Assembly: GCF_006345805.1 (NCBI RefSeq)
Contig: NC_043005.1
Span: forward strand, 98,332,001-98,396,000
Direction of reading: 5' to 3'
DNA length: 64,000 bases
DNA from: Octopus sinensis
Lineage: Eukaryota
Shown here piece after piece: positions 52,081 to 64,000 of this stretch (the stretch's first letter is position 1; each line of letters opens with the position of its first letter). The notes under the pieces were generated by a model that worked only from the letters and a program-made list of their open reading frames with translations, was not told the DNA's origin and made no database searches. Position numbers and translations under genes: made by a program.

Positions 52081-52191
52081 AACAAGAAGGGTTAAGAGGT
52101 TGTTCTACACTCCTCAAAACCCTGGAAGTCAGCAAGCCAAGGTTCCACAACTGGAAGTTTAAGTCATACCCAGGCTAATATATATGATATA

Positions 52192-52882
52192 CAGGGTGTC
52201 CCAAAAGTTACTGGTGGATTTCAATTTTTAATAACTTCTTTAACTTTACAAATAAATGCATGAAATTTTGATACAATATAAAAGACATAATAGAAATTAA
52301 TATGCACAAGTCAAATTTTGCAACACCACTGCATCACATATGAAAAATCCAGGCTAGTCAAATCTGGGGAACACGAAGGCCAGTTGACATTACCATAGTC
52401 GGAGATTTTTCTCTCTCCAAAGCACTGCCATAGCAACAGCATTGTTTCTCTTGTGGTATGAACAGTTACCCCATCTTGCTGGAACCATGTGTGAGGTCTA
52501 CTTTGAATGGCCTTTATGTTCCCCAGACTTGATTAGCCCAGATTTTTTGCCTGCGGGAGTACCTGAAAGAGAGGGTTTACATCAACAAACCAGAGACCCT
52601 TGTGCAACTGAAGGAGAACATCAATAGAGAAATCAGTGAAGTGGGGGTCTTAAATTCCTGAGGTGCAAGTTTTGGAAAGAGCAAGGGCGTGCGAAGCCGA
52701 AAATGGCTGCCATTTAAGCGATGTCACTTTTCATATATGATGCAGTGGTGTTGCAAAATTTGACTTGTGCATATTAGTTGCCATTATGTCCTTTATATTA
52801 TATCAAACTTTCATGCATTTATTTGTAAGGTTAAGGAAGTTATTAAAAATTGAAACCCATCAGTAACTTTTGGGACACCCTG
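52192..52882 (+). mobile_element. Tc1/mariner-superfamily non-autonomous element with about 155-bp TIRs
   Basis: TA|cagggtgtcccaaaagttactg...cagtaacttttgggacaccctg|TA. Internal WPLCSPDLISPDF (WP.SPDL.P.DF transposase motif). Confidence 0.88.
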
Positions 52883-53755
52883 TATATATATCATTATTTC
52901 TAAGTTACTATTCTTCCTGCATCTTTAGGACTTAGTCTTTTAGAAAATGTAGTGCTGAAATCCAAAATTATTTTGAGGGTCACACAAAAGTAGCATTGAG
53001 TGCCACATATGTGACTTACTAGCCACTGGGCGTCTACCATTGTAATAGTATCTGAAACAGATAACTGAATTTCTGTGTGGAGATTGTTTTAAGTCAAACA
53101 ACACACAAACAGCAATAACAACAATACTATAATCAACAACAACAACAACAACAACAGTGATGATGGCCTCCACAACAGTAAGTACAATAACAGCGATTAC
53201 AAAACACAGAACAACAACAACAATAAACTTGGCAACAAGCACACCTCAACCATAGCAACAACAATAGTATCTGTAAAGAAGAATACTATGACAACGACAG
53301 GAACACAACAACAACAACAACAACAACAATCACACTATATGTTTTGTGTAAATATGTGTGTGTGTGTGTGTGTTAAAATAAAACGAGGCTTACTTTTTAT
53401 TTAATTCCAACCTAATGACAACCTACTCTCAACGAAGTATTAGTTTAGTTGGCTGTCTTATGTTCTAATATATATTCTTTTTTTTCTTTCTTCATTCTGC
53501 TGCAGTTGATTTTGTCTTTTGTTGTTGTTGTTGTTAATAAGGGTGGTGCATTAATTAAATTGTTAGAGTCACACAAAATATATTGCAGCATTTTTTTTTT
53601 CTGGCTTTTTATGCTCTGGGTTAAAATCCTACCAAAGTAAGCCTTGCATTTTATTCCTCCGGGGCCAATGAAATAAAATATCAGACTAGTACTAGGGTCA
53701 ATATAAGTGACTAAATTTCTCCCACCAATTTGCTGACCTTATGCCCAAACTGGAA

Positions 53756-53796
<41 letters not shown>

Positions 53797-53797
<1 letters not shown>

Positions 53798-54008
53798 TCT
53801 TTTACTCTTTTACTTGTTTCAGTCATTTGACTGCGGCCATGCTGGAGCACCGCCTTTAGTCGAGCAACTCAACCCCGGGACTTATTCTTTGTAAGCCCAG
53901 TACTTATTCTATCGGTCCCTTTTGCTGAACCGCTAAGTGATGGGGACATAAACAAACCAGCATCGGTTGTCAAGCAATGCTAGGAGGACAAACACAGACA
54001 CACAAACA

Positions 54009-54039
<31 letters not shown>

Positions 54040-54204
54040 TACGACGGGCTTCTTTCAGTTTCCGTCTACCAAATCCACTCACAAGGCTTTGGTCGGCCCG
54101 AGGCTATAGTAGAAGACACTTGCCCAAGGTGCCACGCAGTGGGACTGAACCTGGAACCATGTGGTTGGTAAGCAAGCTACTTACCACACAGCCACTCCTG
54201 CGCC
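53797..54204 (-). mobile_element. tRNA-derived SINE, family C, with internal (TG)n
   Basis: Minus strand gtgtggtaag..ggttcagtcccactgcgtggcaccttgggcaagtgtcttct..(TG)n..gctccagcatggccgcagtcaaatgactgaaacaagtaaaagag. Confidence 0.85.
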
Positions 54205-54256
<52 letters not shown>

Positions 54257-54740
54257 GAGTGAGAGAGCAGTTCATGCCATCAAAGTGACACTGGGGTAAA
54301 ATATACGAAGCCCAATATACCCATCATGACTACCCGTCTGATAAAGGTACACCAGGCACATGCATCACAACCATATGTGCGCGACATGGTGATCTCATAT
54401 CAAGATAAACAGCACATGACCTTGCAGGTGGGGCCCAGTTAGAATTTTCTTCAGGTTGAGTAGCCCATCCCGCTCAAACGGTCCCTGAATAAGGGTTGTT
54501 TAAGGATGTTGAAAGAACCACCCATGTTTCCAGAGGTGAATTATTCAAACCCCAAAGAATCCCTCTCAACACATGGCTATGATGCTCCCCCACTACTTCT
54601 GCTCATGATCAGAGATGCACATATCGTCAGCCACTAAGGGACATGCTCAACTGGTTAAGGTCAAACAACTGACAAGCAAATCTGTGGTATTGAGCAGAAT
54701 ATTTGCTGTAGCCCATCTTTTATACCAAGACAAAACAATG
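54257..54740 (-). mobile_element. Unclassified 484-bp non-coding element inserted in (TAA)n
   Basis: No ORF. Both ends abut (ATT)n. Related partial copies at 48515-48736 and about 48252-48390. Orientation is inferred from the truncation pattern. Confidence 0.7.
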
Positions 54741-54749
54741 TTATTATTA

Positions 54750-54786
<37 letters not shown>

Positions 54787-54849
54787 CATTATTATTATTA
54801 TTATTATTATGATTATTATGATTATTATTATTATTATTATTATTATCAT

Positions 54850-54995
54850 TAGTTCAAATTCCACTGAGGTAGATTTTTGCCTCTAATCCTTTTGGGCGTT
54901 GATAATTCAAATACCAGTGAAAAACTGGGGTCGATATAATCAACTAGTCCTCTTCTCCCAAAAATTTCAGGCCTTGTGCCTATAGTAGAAAGGTT
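54850..54995 (+). mobile_element. Head-truncated family A variant SINE ending in (ATT)n
   Basis: agttcaaattccactgagg..ggggtcgatataatc..ggccttgtgcctatagtagaaagg followed by the (ATT)n array that abuts the Dong element. Confidence 0.7.
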
Positions 54996-55016
54996 TATTA
55001 TCATTATTATTATTAC

Positions 55017-55054
<38 letters not shown>

Positions 55055-55055
<1 letters not shown>

Positions 55056-58000
55056 TTTTTTTTTTCTTCTTTCAAATTTTCTTCCATTTCTTGCCGAGTG
55101 TCTTCCCGACTCCTAGGGCAAAGAAACTCATAGTGTATTGGTAGGCCATTAACCAAACTCAGTAGTTCGTTCATTTTTTTTTTTTTTTTTTTTTAAAGTT
55201 AAATTAAAATACATGAGCAGCAACAGTTCTCACATCGACAATGCTCTTCTCAATACGTGTGATGTACCAGTTAAGACAATCTTTTGCACTTCTTGCAGGG
55301 ATGGTAAGCCAGGGATCATTCTCATATAATTTTCGGTTCCCTTCTTGATCATTCCTAGTGCTCCTACGATCACTGGTATTGTAACCGCCTTGAGATGCCA
55401 CATTTTCTCAATTTCAACGAGTAGGTCTTTATATTTTCTGAGCTTGTCAAACTCTTTCGCTGAGATATTATGATCACAGGGGATGCTCATGTCGATCAAT
55501 AAGCAAACTTTATTGTTTTGGTCTTTCACAACATATCTGGTTTATTGGCCTTGATGGTTCGGTCTGTATGTACTGGAAAGTCCCACAGAATGGTTACATT
55601 TTCTCCTTCAGTTACAGCCTCAGGGTGGTGATTATACCACTTGTCGGCAGTTTTGATATTGTAATGCCGACTTATTAGCCAGTGGAGATATTGGCCAACT
55701 CTGTCATGTCTTAATTTATACTCCACTGGTGCTAAGACTTTACATCCAGAGATTAGGTGGTCCACTCTTTCAATCATGTCGTTGCAGAATCGGCATTTTG
55801 GGTCTGTTCCATTTTTCATCACATTGGCCTGGTAGTTCCGGGTTAATAGGCTTTGGTCTTGAGCAGCCAGGATGAAACCTTTGCTCTCTGCTTTTAGCCC
55901 TGAGCTCCGCAGCCACTGATGGGTTTGCTTCTGGTCAACATCAGCTTGTTTGCTGCGGGTCACATATTTGCCGTGCAGAGGTTTCTCCTCCCACCTATCA
56001 GCCAATTGCTCGTGCGCTTTTTTCATTGCCATCATTTTCACCTTCTTTGCAACAATAGTTGCCGTACTTCCCTCGGGTTGTTCAGTTTGGGTATCCTGCA
56101 CGAGATCAATAGCAAATTTTTTGCTTTCCTTGATGATAGAATGAAGCTTCTTTCGTCTCTCGTGATTTTCCACGAGCTTTAGCATCCAGTCATTCGATAT
56201 TTCGAGATATTTGGCCAGTCCAATTGTGGTTGTTTTGTAAGCTAGTTCAAATTGGATCAGGCCTCGACCTCCTTGGGCTCTGGGAAGGTAAAGGCGATCT
56301 ACGTCTGCCTTTGGGTGGTGTATCCTATTACAACTCAGCAGCTTGCGTATTTTTCTATCTATATTCTTTACTTCACTCATATTCCAGTTCAACACATTGT
56401 AGCTATAAGTAACAACTGGAACTGCTAAGGAATTTATAGCTAACACCTTGTTACGTGCATTTAGTTCAGATTTCAGGACTGCACGAACTCTCCTATAACA
56501 TTCCTTCCTGATTTTCTCTTTCATGCTTGCATGCTGAATACCAGAGCCTTCATTTATCCCTAAATATTTGTATGTCTGTTCTTGCTCAAGCTCTCTTATG
56601 ACTGTCTCAACATCTAACACGACTGAATTTGTGGTCTTCACTTTCCCTTTCTGGAAAGTGGCCTTGGCACACTTCTCAAGTCCAAACTCCATCCCGATGT
56701 CATCGCTGAATGCTTTCACGGTGCGCAATAGGCCTTCAAGTTCATTATTGTCTTTACCATAAAGTTTTAAGTCATCCATATAAAATAGATGGCTTATTTT
56801 TTTATTGGCAATTTTATACCCATACCCTGTTCTGTTTAATTCACTTGTAAGGGGTATTAGGGCTATGCAGAATATTAAAGGTGAAAGTGAGTCACCTTGA
56901 AAAATTCCACAGTTGATGTTTATATTTTCTGAGGCAAGTACTCCATTAGAGTGGTATAATTGGAGATTCGTATTCCACAACGACATATTGTGCTTCAGGA
57001 AGTTTGAAATCACAGGGGAAATTTTAAAGATGTCCAGCGATCTCAAGATCCATGGATGCGGTATACTGTCGAAGACCTTTTTATAGTCAATCCATGCGGT
57101 GCTGAGATTTCTGCGCTTGTTGTGACAGTTCTCAAGGATCATACGATTGATTAGCAGTTGATCTTTGCATCCGTAAGAGCCTCGGCGGCACCCTTTTTGT
57201 TCAATGGGGAAAATATCGTTCTTCTCCATGAATGCATATGTTTTCTCCGCCAGGATAGATGTTAGGATTTTATACGTGGTGGATAGACAGGTTATAGGCC
57301 GATAGTTTTTTGGAAGGTTGGTTTCGTTATTCTTTGGAGTAGGTAAGTAATGCCACTTGCTAACCATTCAGGTGTTTTCTTTGGGTCTCTCAAAATTCCA
57401 TTGAGCAGCTGAACTAGCTTACCGTGTGCGCACGGGAGCGATGCGAGCCAGAAATTCGGCACCCTATCTTTACCGGGGGATTTCCAATTATGGGCCTTCG
57501 TGAGTGCCTTTCTTAGGTCTGCTATTGTGATGTCTTCCCATGCTTGTTGTTGTAAATTTTGGTAGGATCCTTCAGTTTGTATAATCCAGTCTGCATTTAT
57601 GTTGTACGTCTTCTTGTCACTCCAAATCCTTTCCCAAAAGTTTTGAACTTCTTCCATGGGAGGGGGGTCTTTAACGGTTACTTTCTCCTTCCCTATTTCT
57701 CTGTAGAATTTTTTGGCATTGGATGTGAACAGCTTATTTTGCTTGTAAAACTTGTTTCTCTTCTCAAATCTTCGTATTCTTTGGGCTTTTGCTTGGACTT
57801 TTTGTTTCAGCGTTTCTTTTATTGATATCAGTTCTTCTCTTGGTGAGGATCCAAATTTTCTCTTCATCTTTCTTCCTGTTCTGGATCTTACATCATTTCC
57901 ACATATTAGTTCATTTAATATTGATATTTCCCCTCTCATAAATTCAATCTCTTTTTCAATTTTACTTCTCCAGGTTTGATTTCTTCCCAGGTTTTGTTTT

Positions 58001-59027
58001 CTTTGTTTTTTCGGGGGAATACAGCTGGTTTCAATTGCCCTAGCAGAAGCGTAAATAATTTCATTTAACTCAGTAAAATCAGGTTTTAATTCTCGTATTA
58101 TTTCATTTGTTACATAGTTGCCAATTTGGATTTGTTTTTTATTTTGGTTTGTATTTGAGAGTTTATGAAGTGGTTCTCTATCATTCATACTTGTATGTCT
58201 TACAACTTCAAGCGTATTCAGGATTTTCTGCCTCATTTCTGCCATAGACTCTCTGTGTTCTTCAGCAAATGCGAGATCTTCAGTTACTGTTGTTTTTTCG
58301 TTTTCCTGGCTATCTTTAACAGGTACAATAGAATTTCTTGTATCTTCAGGCCTTTGCGTACTTTGGTCAGATGGCAGTCTTTCAATCAAGCCTCGTGGCG
58401 GGCTATACTGTTCATCTGATTCTTCATTTCCTTTGTGTCTTATATTTATGTCATTTTCCGTTGCGTGCTTGATCGCACTTATTTCACTGTCTGTGAGTCT
58501 GTTATTTCTAAAGATATCCCTCCTCACATTTGCTAATTTGTTCTCGTCCAAATAGGGCCTACTGTCTTGATTCCGTGTTCTCCATATACTGTAAGAGTTT
58601 GCGGTGGTGTCTCTCTTGAGATGGCCTACCTAATGCATAGTAATAAGCGTATATTACTTCTTTATACTCTTCTCGGGTCCATTTGTTCCGCTTACATTTT
58701 TCTTTCTGTGGTGGTTGTGGTGGTGAACTTGGAGGGCTCGAGTTGGGGGATTTCCCGTTCAAGTGACCATCCATGTCCGTATTCGGAGAAGAGTTTGTGC
58801 CAGTTGATGACTTTTCGATCCCAGGCTGGCTCTTCCCTGGGGGACGCGCTTCCAGATTAACCATAGGACAAGCGATTTGGTATACTGATTTAGTTTTCCT
58901 TTTAGTTTCCAAAAACATTTTGGTGCTACGATAATGTTATCATTTTTTAGCTTTGATTGGCTCGTGGGGAGACGGCCATCATTGCCGTTACAATTATAAT
59001 CGTACCATTATAGCAGCCGTAGTCGGC
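55055..59027 (-). mobile_element. Near full-length R4/Dong-clade non-LTR retrotransposon (RT plus REL endonuclease), about 3.97 kb
   Basis: RT motifs GIFQGDSLSPL and HLFYMDDLKLYG, CCHC knuckle CRFC..ERVDHLISGC, REL PD..D..K region. The 3' end abuts a (TAA)n array at about 54995-55054 and the 5' end abuts TAA-like repeats at about 59028. Confidence 0.9.
55230..58918 (-). pseudogene. R4/Dong polyprotein ORF, about 1230 codons after repairing three single-base indels
   Basis: ORF track pieces 58559-58918, 57292-58551, 55526-57367 and 55230-55529 join by +1 (about 58605), -1 (about 57330) and -1 (about 55533) indels, with no other in-frame stops seen. Confidence 0.8.
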
Positions 59028-59458
59028 TTATTATTGTTATTATCTTCACCATTACCATCACTATCATCATTATCACCACCATTACCATCATCATCATCAT
59101 CATCACCATCACCATCACCACCATCATCATCAATGATATTGTTTTATGTGTAGTCACAGCAGTATCTTATTATTGTTATTTTTGTTTTTTTATCATTATC
59201 ACCATCACAGTAGTGTCTGTCTGTCTCGTTGGCTGGCTTGGTGGTTGGCTGGCTGACTGTCTTCAATGCCAGAGTTCTTGCCTGTCAAATAATACTTTCA
59301 TATTTGGTTAACAATAGAGCCGAGGTGAGGTTTGTGTGTGTGTGTGTGTGTAGATAGATAGATAGAATATCAGCACTATTACTATCTTTTTTTTTTTTTT
59401 TTTTTTTGGGTGGGGTCAAAAAAAGTTCAGATGTTTACTACTATTAGCCTTAAGAAAA

Positions 59459-59518
<60 letters not shown>

Positions 59519-59519
<1 letters not shown>

Positions 59520-61170
59520 TGTTTGACTTTTGCTTTATGTCTGTACAAGTTGGCTCCAAGTCTCACCCAGAGACCTCAAGAGACAACAGGTTGGAAGTTC
59601 TATGCCATATATTTGGGGTTTTTTATTGTTTTTCTTTTGGTATTGTACTAGTGAATGTCTAATACATAAAAAAAAAATTTTTTTTTAAATAAATAAAAAA
59701 AAGTTTATTTTAAACCTTGGGATTACATAGAGAGTATTTTGCGTAGGATATGAGCAGTTCCCATGAGCACTATCTTTTGAATTTCTGCCATTTTGGTGTT
59801 TCCTGGTATCTGAGTTAGGTAGCAATCAGTCCCTTTCGCTATCATTCCCAGGGCACCTATGACAACAGGTATTGTTTTAGTCTTCAGCTTCCACATTTTG
59901 CTGATTTCTATTTCAAGATCTTTATATTTGTTCAGTTTTTGGTAGGTCTTGACAGATACGTTTATATCGATTGGGACAGTCATATCAATGAGGAGGCATG
60001 TTCTTTGTCTGAAGTCTTTCAATATGATTTCTGGCCTATTTGCATCTATCTTCCTGTCAGTTTGTATGGTGAAGTTCCAGAGGAGTGAGATGTGATCATT
60101 TTCAAGCACTGGAGGTGGATTGTGTTCCCACCAGTTTTTTGTCATGGGGCAAATCCAGGTTTTTGCAAATTACCCAGTGAATATATTGTGCAGCTCTATC
60201 ATGCCTATTGAGGTACTCTGTAGGCGTTAGAAGACTGCATTTGGAGACAACATGATCAATGGTTTCATTTTGTTGTCGGCATACATGACATGTTGAGCTA
60301 CTGCTGTTCTTTAATATGTTGGCCTGGTAGTTTCTCGTTGGTAGGCCTTGATCTTGAGCTGCTATGATAAACCTCTCTGTTTCAGATTTTAAGCCAGTGG
60401 CCATTAGCCATTGATGGGTCAGGGCTTTGTCGATATCTGCATTATTCGCTCTCTTTGGGTATTTGCCATAGAGAGGTTTTTCTTGCCATTTATTATTCAG
60501 AATATCTAAGGCCGCAGTTTTGGCACGGGTTTTCATGCGCCTAGCTTTTTCTGTGCTTGTTTCTTGTATGTCTATCTCTAATTCCGAAATTGGTTGTATT
60601 CAGAATTCACTTAGATATTCCTTTGCCTGTTTTGTGACTGAGTATGATGCTTTCTTGTTTTCATGTTTTGAGACAAGTTTTAACATCCAGTCCTCAGAGT
60701 TTTTCAGGTAGGTGTCTAGGCCAATTGTAGCAATCTTCATTGTTATTGCCAGTTGCAAAAGACCACGGCCTCCCTCTTTTCTTGGCAGATAGAGTCGTTC
60801 TGTATCTGCCTTAGGGTGGTGCATTCTATGCATTGTCAACAGTTTCCTTATTTTTCTGTCGAGCTGACATATTTCAGTAATTGACCAGTTAACGATATTG
60901 AAACTGTAAGTCACGACTGGTATGACTAATGCATGATTGCTTCGATCCTGTTTCTTGCATTCAGCTCTGTCTTGAGTATTGCTCTCACTCTTCGATAGCA
61001 TTCTCTCCTGATCCTTTCCTTCATCTCTGAATGCCTTATTCCGTTCCCTTCAATTACCCCTAGGTACTTGTAGCTCTCCGCTGGGTCTAGTTCTTTTATG
61101 ACATTCTGCTGGTCAAGGTCAACGTTAGATGTTTCTGTCATTTTTCCTTTGATAAAGGTAGCTTTTGCAC

Positions 61171-61174
<4 letters not shown>
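59519..61174 (-). mobile_element. 5'-truncated R4/Dong LINE, second family (RT thumb, CCHC, REL), disrupted
   Basis: KCAKATFIKGK...YKYLG...CHVCRQQNETIDHVVSKC...RPEIILKDF..CLLIDM. (ATT)n arrays on both sides (about 59460-59518 and 61175-61240). Confidence 0.88.
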
Positions 61175-61221
<47 letters not shown>

Positions 61222-61999
61222 CATTGTTATTCTTATTACTATTCAATGCAATAAGCTGGCAGAATAATTAGATCATTGGAAAAATGTTTTGCAGTTTTTG
61301 TCCTATATTCTGAGCTAGAATTCTGCAGAAGTCAATTTTTCTTTATATCCCCTCCTGGGATGATGAAATAAAGTATCAGTTAAGTACTGGTTTCAATATA
61401 ATTCATTAACCTCACTCAAAAATTGTGTACATGCTGGTTTTTGAGACTCTCTTTGGATGCTTGATGTTCCGGGCTCTTTTATGCAATCTGACAAATGCAC
61501 AGTTTGCCTTTACTTGTATATTGCCAACATCTTTGTAGATCTTGGCATCTGACAAGATGATGTATCCTAGGTAGAGGAACTGGTGAACTGTATTCAGCTC
61601 TGTCTCACTAATGACGATGCAAGGTAGGTAGTGATCATTCTGAGATGTAGGTGGTAGCGTGAGGATATCTGTCTTTGTCCAACTGACTTTTGGTATTAGG
61701 AACTCAGCTGTCTCAAAAAGTTATAAACTGCAGGGCTGAATTTATATGGGCAACAGGGGCAGCATTGTTAGTGAAGAGCTGCTCCCCGATGTGTTAATCA
61801 TCTTGATATAGGACTATAGTTGCCTTAGAGTGCCATCTCTGCAGTATTGGATGTAAAGAACATCCTTCTTATTGAGACCTTCTGTGGCCCTTATGACAAT
61901 CATATTAAAGAAGATGGTAAAAAGGGACTGTGGCAAGAGCTTTAAGGGATCATAGTTTTGGCTTCATCTCAATGACCCTCATGTATCTAGATGACTATG

Positions 62000-62202
62000 T
62001 TGTTGTTAAGCAACAAGACGGGTAAGGGTGATTAGGTGATGGTCTAGGGCTTATGGGCGGGAGACCCCAGACCTTGGAAAAAAAAAAAAACTTTGGTCAT
62101 CTTGTTGTAGTTGAGGGTACTTCATTGACGCCTGACACCACTGGGAGGTGGCCCTTGAAGTCGCTGGAAATGGAAATCTCCAGGTCCAAATTCTTGAACG
62201 GC
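62000..62202. repeat. About 200-bp structured dispersed repeat, copy 2 (NIM1K intron 2)
   Basis: caacaagacg.gtaagggt.attaggtgatggtctagggctta...gaagtcgctggaaatgga.atctccaggtccaaattcttgaacggc. Confidence 0.85.
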
Positions 62203-62450
62203 AGATGAACTATGTTGAGAAGTTTGGTGGTGAGAGACATCCCAGTTGTTAAGAATTAAATGTTAGGATTAAGTGAGAAATAAACATCATTGGCTGAATG
62301 TGACCCTCTGACCCATTGATTATTTATTAGTTATCCCATGCTCTATTAATTCCTGCTGTTTCATACTCCTTCAGATCCTCATAAGTATTTACCTACACAC
62401 CTGATTCCATTTCACCTTCACTAATCTCATCTCTGTTCTTTCTATTCCAG

Positions 62451-63191
62451 CACAGCCACTATATCATCCACCGGGACTTGAAAGCCGAGAATGTTTTCTA
62501 TGCAGCCCCATTCTTTGTTAAAGTAGGAGACTTTGGTTTCAGCACGATTTGTCGATCAGAGCAACAAGAACTAAACACCTTCTGTGGCTCCCCACCTTAC
62601 GCTGCACCAGAGCTCTTCAGAGACGATATCTATTATGGAACATTCGTTGATATATGGGCGCTGGGTATTCTGCTTTATTTCATGGTCACTGGCTCCATGC
62701 CATTTCGAGCAGAGAATGTCACGAGAATGAAAAAATGTATTCTTAATGGTATGTATGCGATTCCGATGTTTGTGTCTGATAGCTGCCATTTTTTAATTCG
62801 AGGAATATTGCGGTCTCTACCTCAGGACAGATTTACTATAGAAGAAATTAAGAACAGTGAATGGTTAGCAGGGGAAAACTACCCAAAGGCTTTACCGCCA
62901 TACAGACTTTGTCCCACTGTTAATCTCACAGAATTAAAAGCAGATGAACAAGAGACCATTAAGATCCTTTGCCAGCTAGGAATTACACAAGAACATCTGA
63001 AGGAGGCCATCCGTAAGAATACGAGGAACTCTATAATTGGTGCTTACCGCATTGTGTTGCATCGAATACAGAAGAAGAACCAAGATAAAGATATTTATGC
63101 TATAGCAGAATTTTCTTCTCGATTATTTAAACAACAGGACAATAAGAAGAAAATGAGATCTCATATATCGAAACTTTGTTCAATCCTTTAA
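62451..63191 (+). CDS. NIM1K: NIM1K coding exon 3 (HRD, DFG, APE motifs and C-terminal tail)
   Basis: Acceptor ctctgttctttctattccag|CAC (phase 0). Reads [14 protein letters not shown]...VKVGDFGFS...[18 protein letters not shown]...SKLCSIL, stop TAA at 63189-63191. Confidence 0.96.
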   Translation, partial: HSHYIIHRDLKAENVFYAAPFFVKVGDFGFSTICRSEQQELNTFCGSPPYAAPELFRDDIYYGTFVDIWALGILLYFMVTGSMPFRAENVTRMKKCILNGMYAIPMFVSDSCHFLIRGILRSLPQDRFTIEEIKNSEWLAGENYPKALPPYRLCPTVNLTELKADEQETIKILCQLGITQEHLKEAIRKNTRNSIIGAYRIVLHRIQKKNQDKDIYAIAEFSSRLFKQQDNKKKMRSHISKLCSIL

Positions 63192-63479
63192 TGTACAGAA
63201 AAGAGACTCGCATATACGCACACTGAAATGTATATCATCTGTTTATGAACAGAAAGATACACTCATAAACGCACACACACATACACGTGTGTATAATCCC
63301 TGAACATGCAAAAGATACTCCACAGACAAAAGCACACGTGTAGAAACTTCAATGTACAGAAGACATACACACACATAAAGTGACATTCACACAACGGTGT
63401 ATGTGTCTCTATTCATTTACACACACACACACATTTATGTATGTATATATATACACATATATATGCATATGTATGTATG

Positions 63480-63523
<44 letters not shown>

Positions 63524-63598
63524 CACATATATATACACACGCACATACATATATGTGTTTATATCTATATATGTATGTATGTGTATATATGTGTATGA

Positions 63599-63643
<45 letters not shown>

Positions 63644-63886
63644 TGCATTTGTATGCATCTATATATGTATATATATGAATACACACAAGCATACACACAC
63701 ATATAAATTTATTTTGCACGTATGCATGTGTTTGTGTATATACACACATGCATGTACACATATAATATATATACATATACACATACACACAAACACATCT
63801 ATCTATATAACTACATATACATATATATATATATATATATCAATGTGTATGTGTATATACATATATTTTTGTATTGTTGCATGTGC

Positions 63887-63937
<51 letters not shown>

Positions 63938-64000
63938 TGTTCAAATATATCTTTAGAAAACCCTCATTATCATTATTACCAATATTATTGTTGTTCCTGT

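Noticed and set aside
58860-59030. HDV-like ribozyme expected at the 5' end of the R4/Dong element
   Set aside because: A CGT-CTCCCC-ACG hairpin exists, but P1, P1.1 and P2 could not be assembled by eye.
62451-62455. Alternative acceptor ccag|cacag| five nt downstream
   Set aside because: It would shift the frame before the HRD motif, so the 62451 acceptor is preferred.

Overview
AT-rich, microsatellite-dense eukaryotic DNA. The SINE/LINE repertoire and repeat density point to an octopus or other cephalopod (inference). There is one well-supported protein-coding gene, a plus-strand NIM1K (AMPK-related Ser/Thr kinase NIM1) with three coding exons: 42769-44359, 50187-50455 and 62451-63191. Splice phases are compatible, giving 866 aa from the first ATG or 439 aa from ATG 44050. 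It has a 427-aa Gly/Ser/Asn/Cys low-complexity N-terminal extension and a C-terminal CAAX box. The rest is mobile DNA: at least four tRNA-derived SINE families, RTE-type LINE fragments with (GAT)n tails, mariner/Tc1 relics and MITEs, a Chapaev-like relic, and Penelope-type remnants. A near-intact 3.97-kb R4/Dong-type REL LINE, two truncated relatives and an unclassified 484-bp element all sit in (TAA)n arrays inside the NIM1K introns. The most interesting signal is a set of sequence-unrelated fold-back elements that carry type I hammerhead ribozymes with palindromic stem III. One has an intact catalytic core (25853-25957) and others are decayed inverted pairs (44.7 kb, 35.2 kb) or remnants (12.2 kb, 38.6 kb). 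All of this was read by eye with no database searches. Repeat boundaries are approximate (about +/-10-30 nt) unless a TSD or splice site is quoted, and family names rest on remembered motifs.
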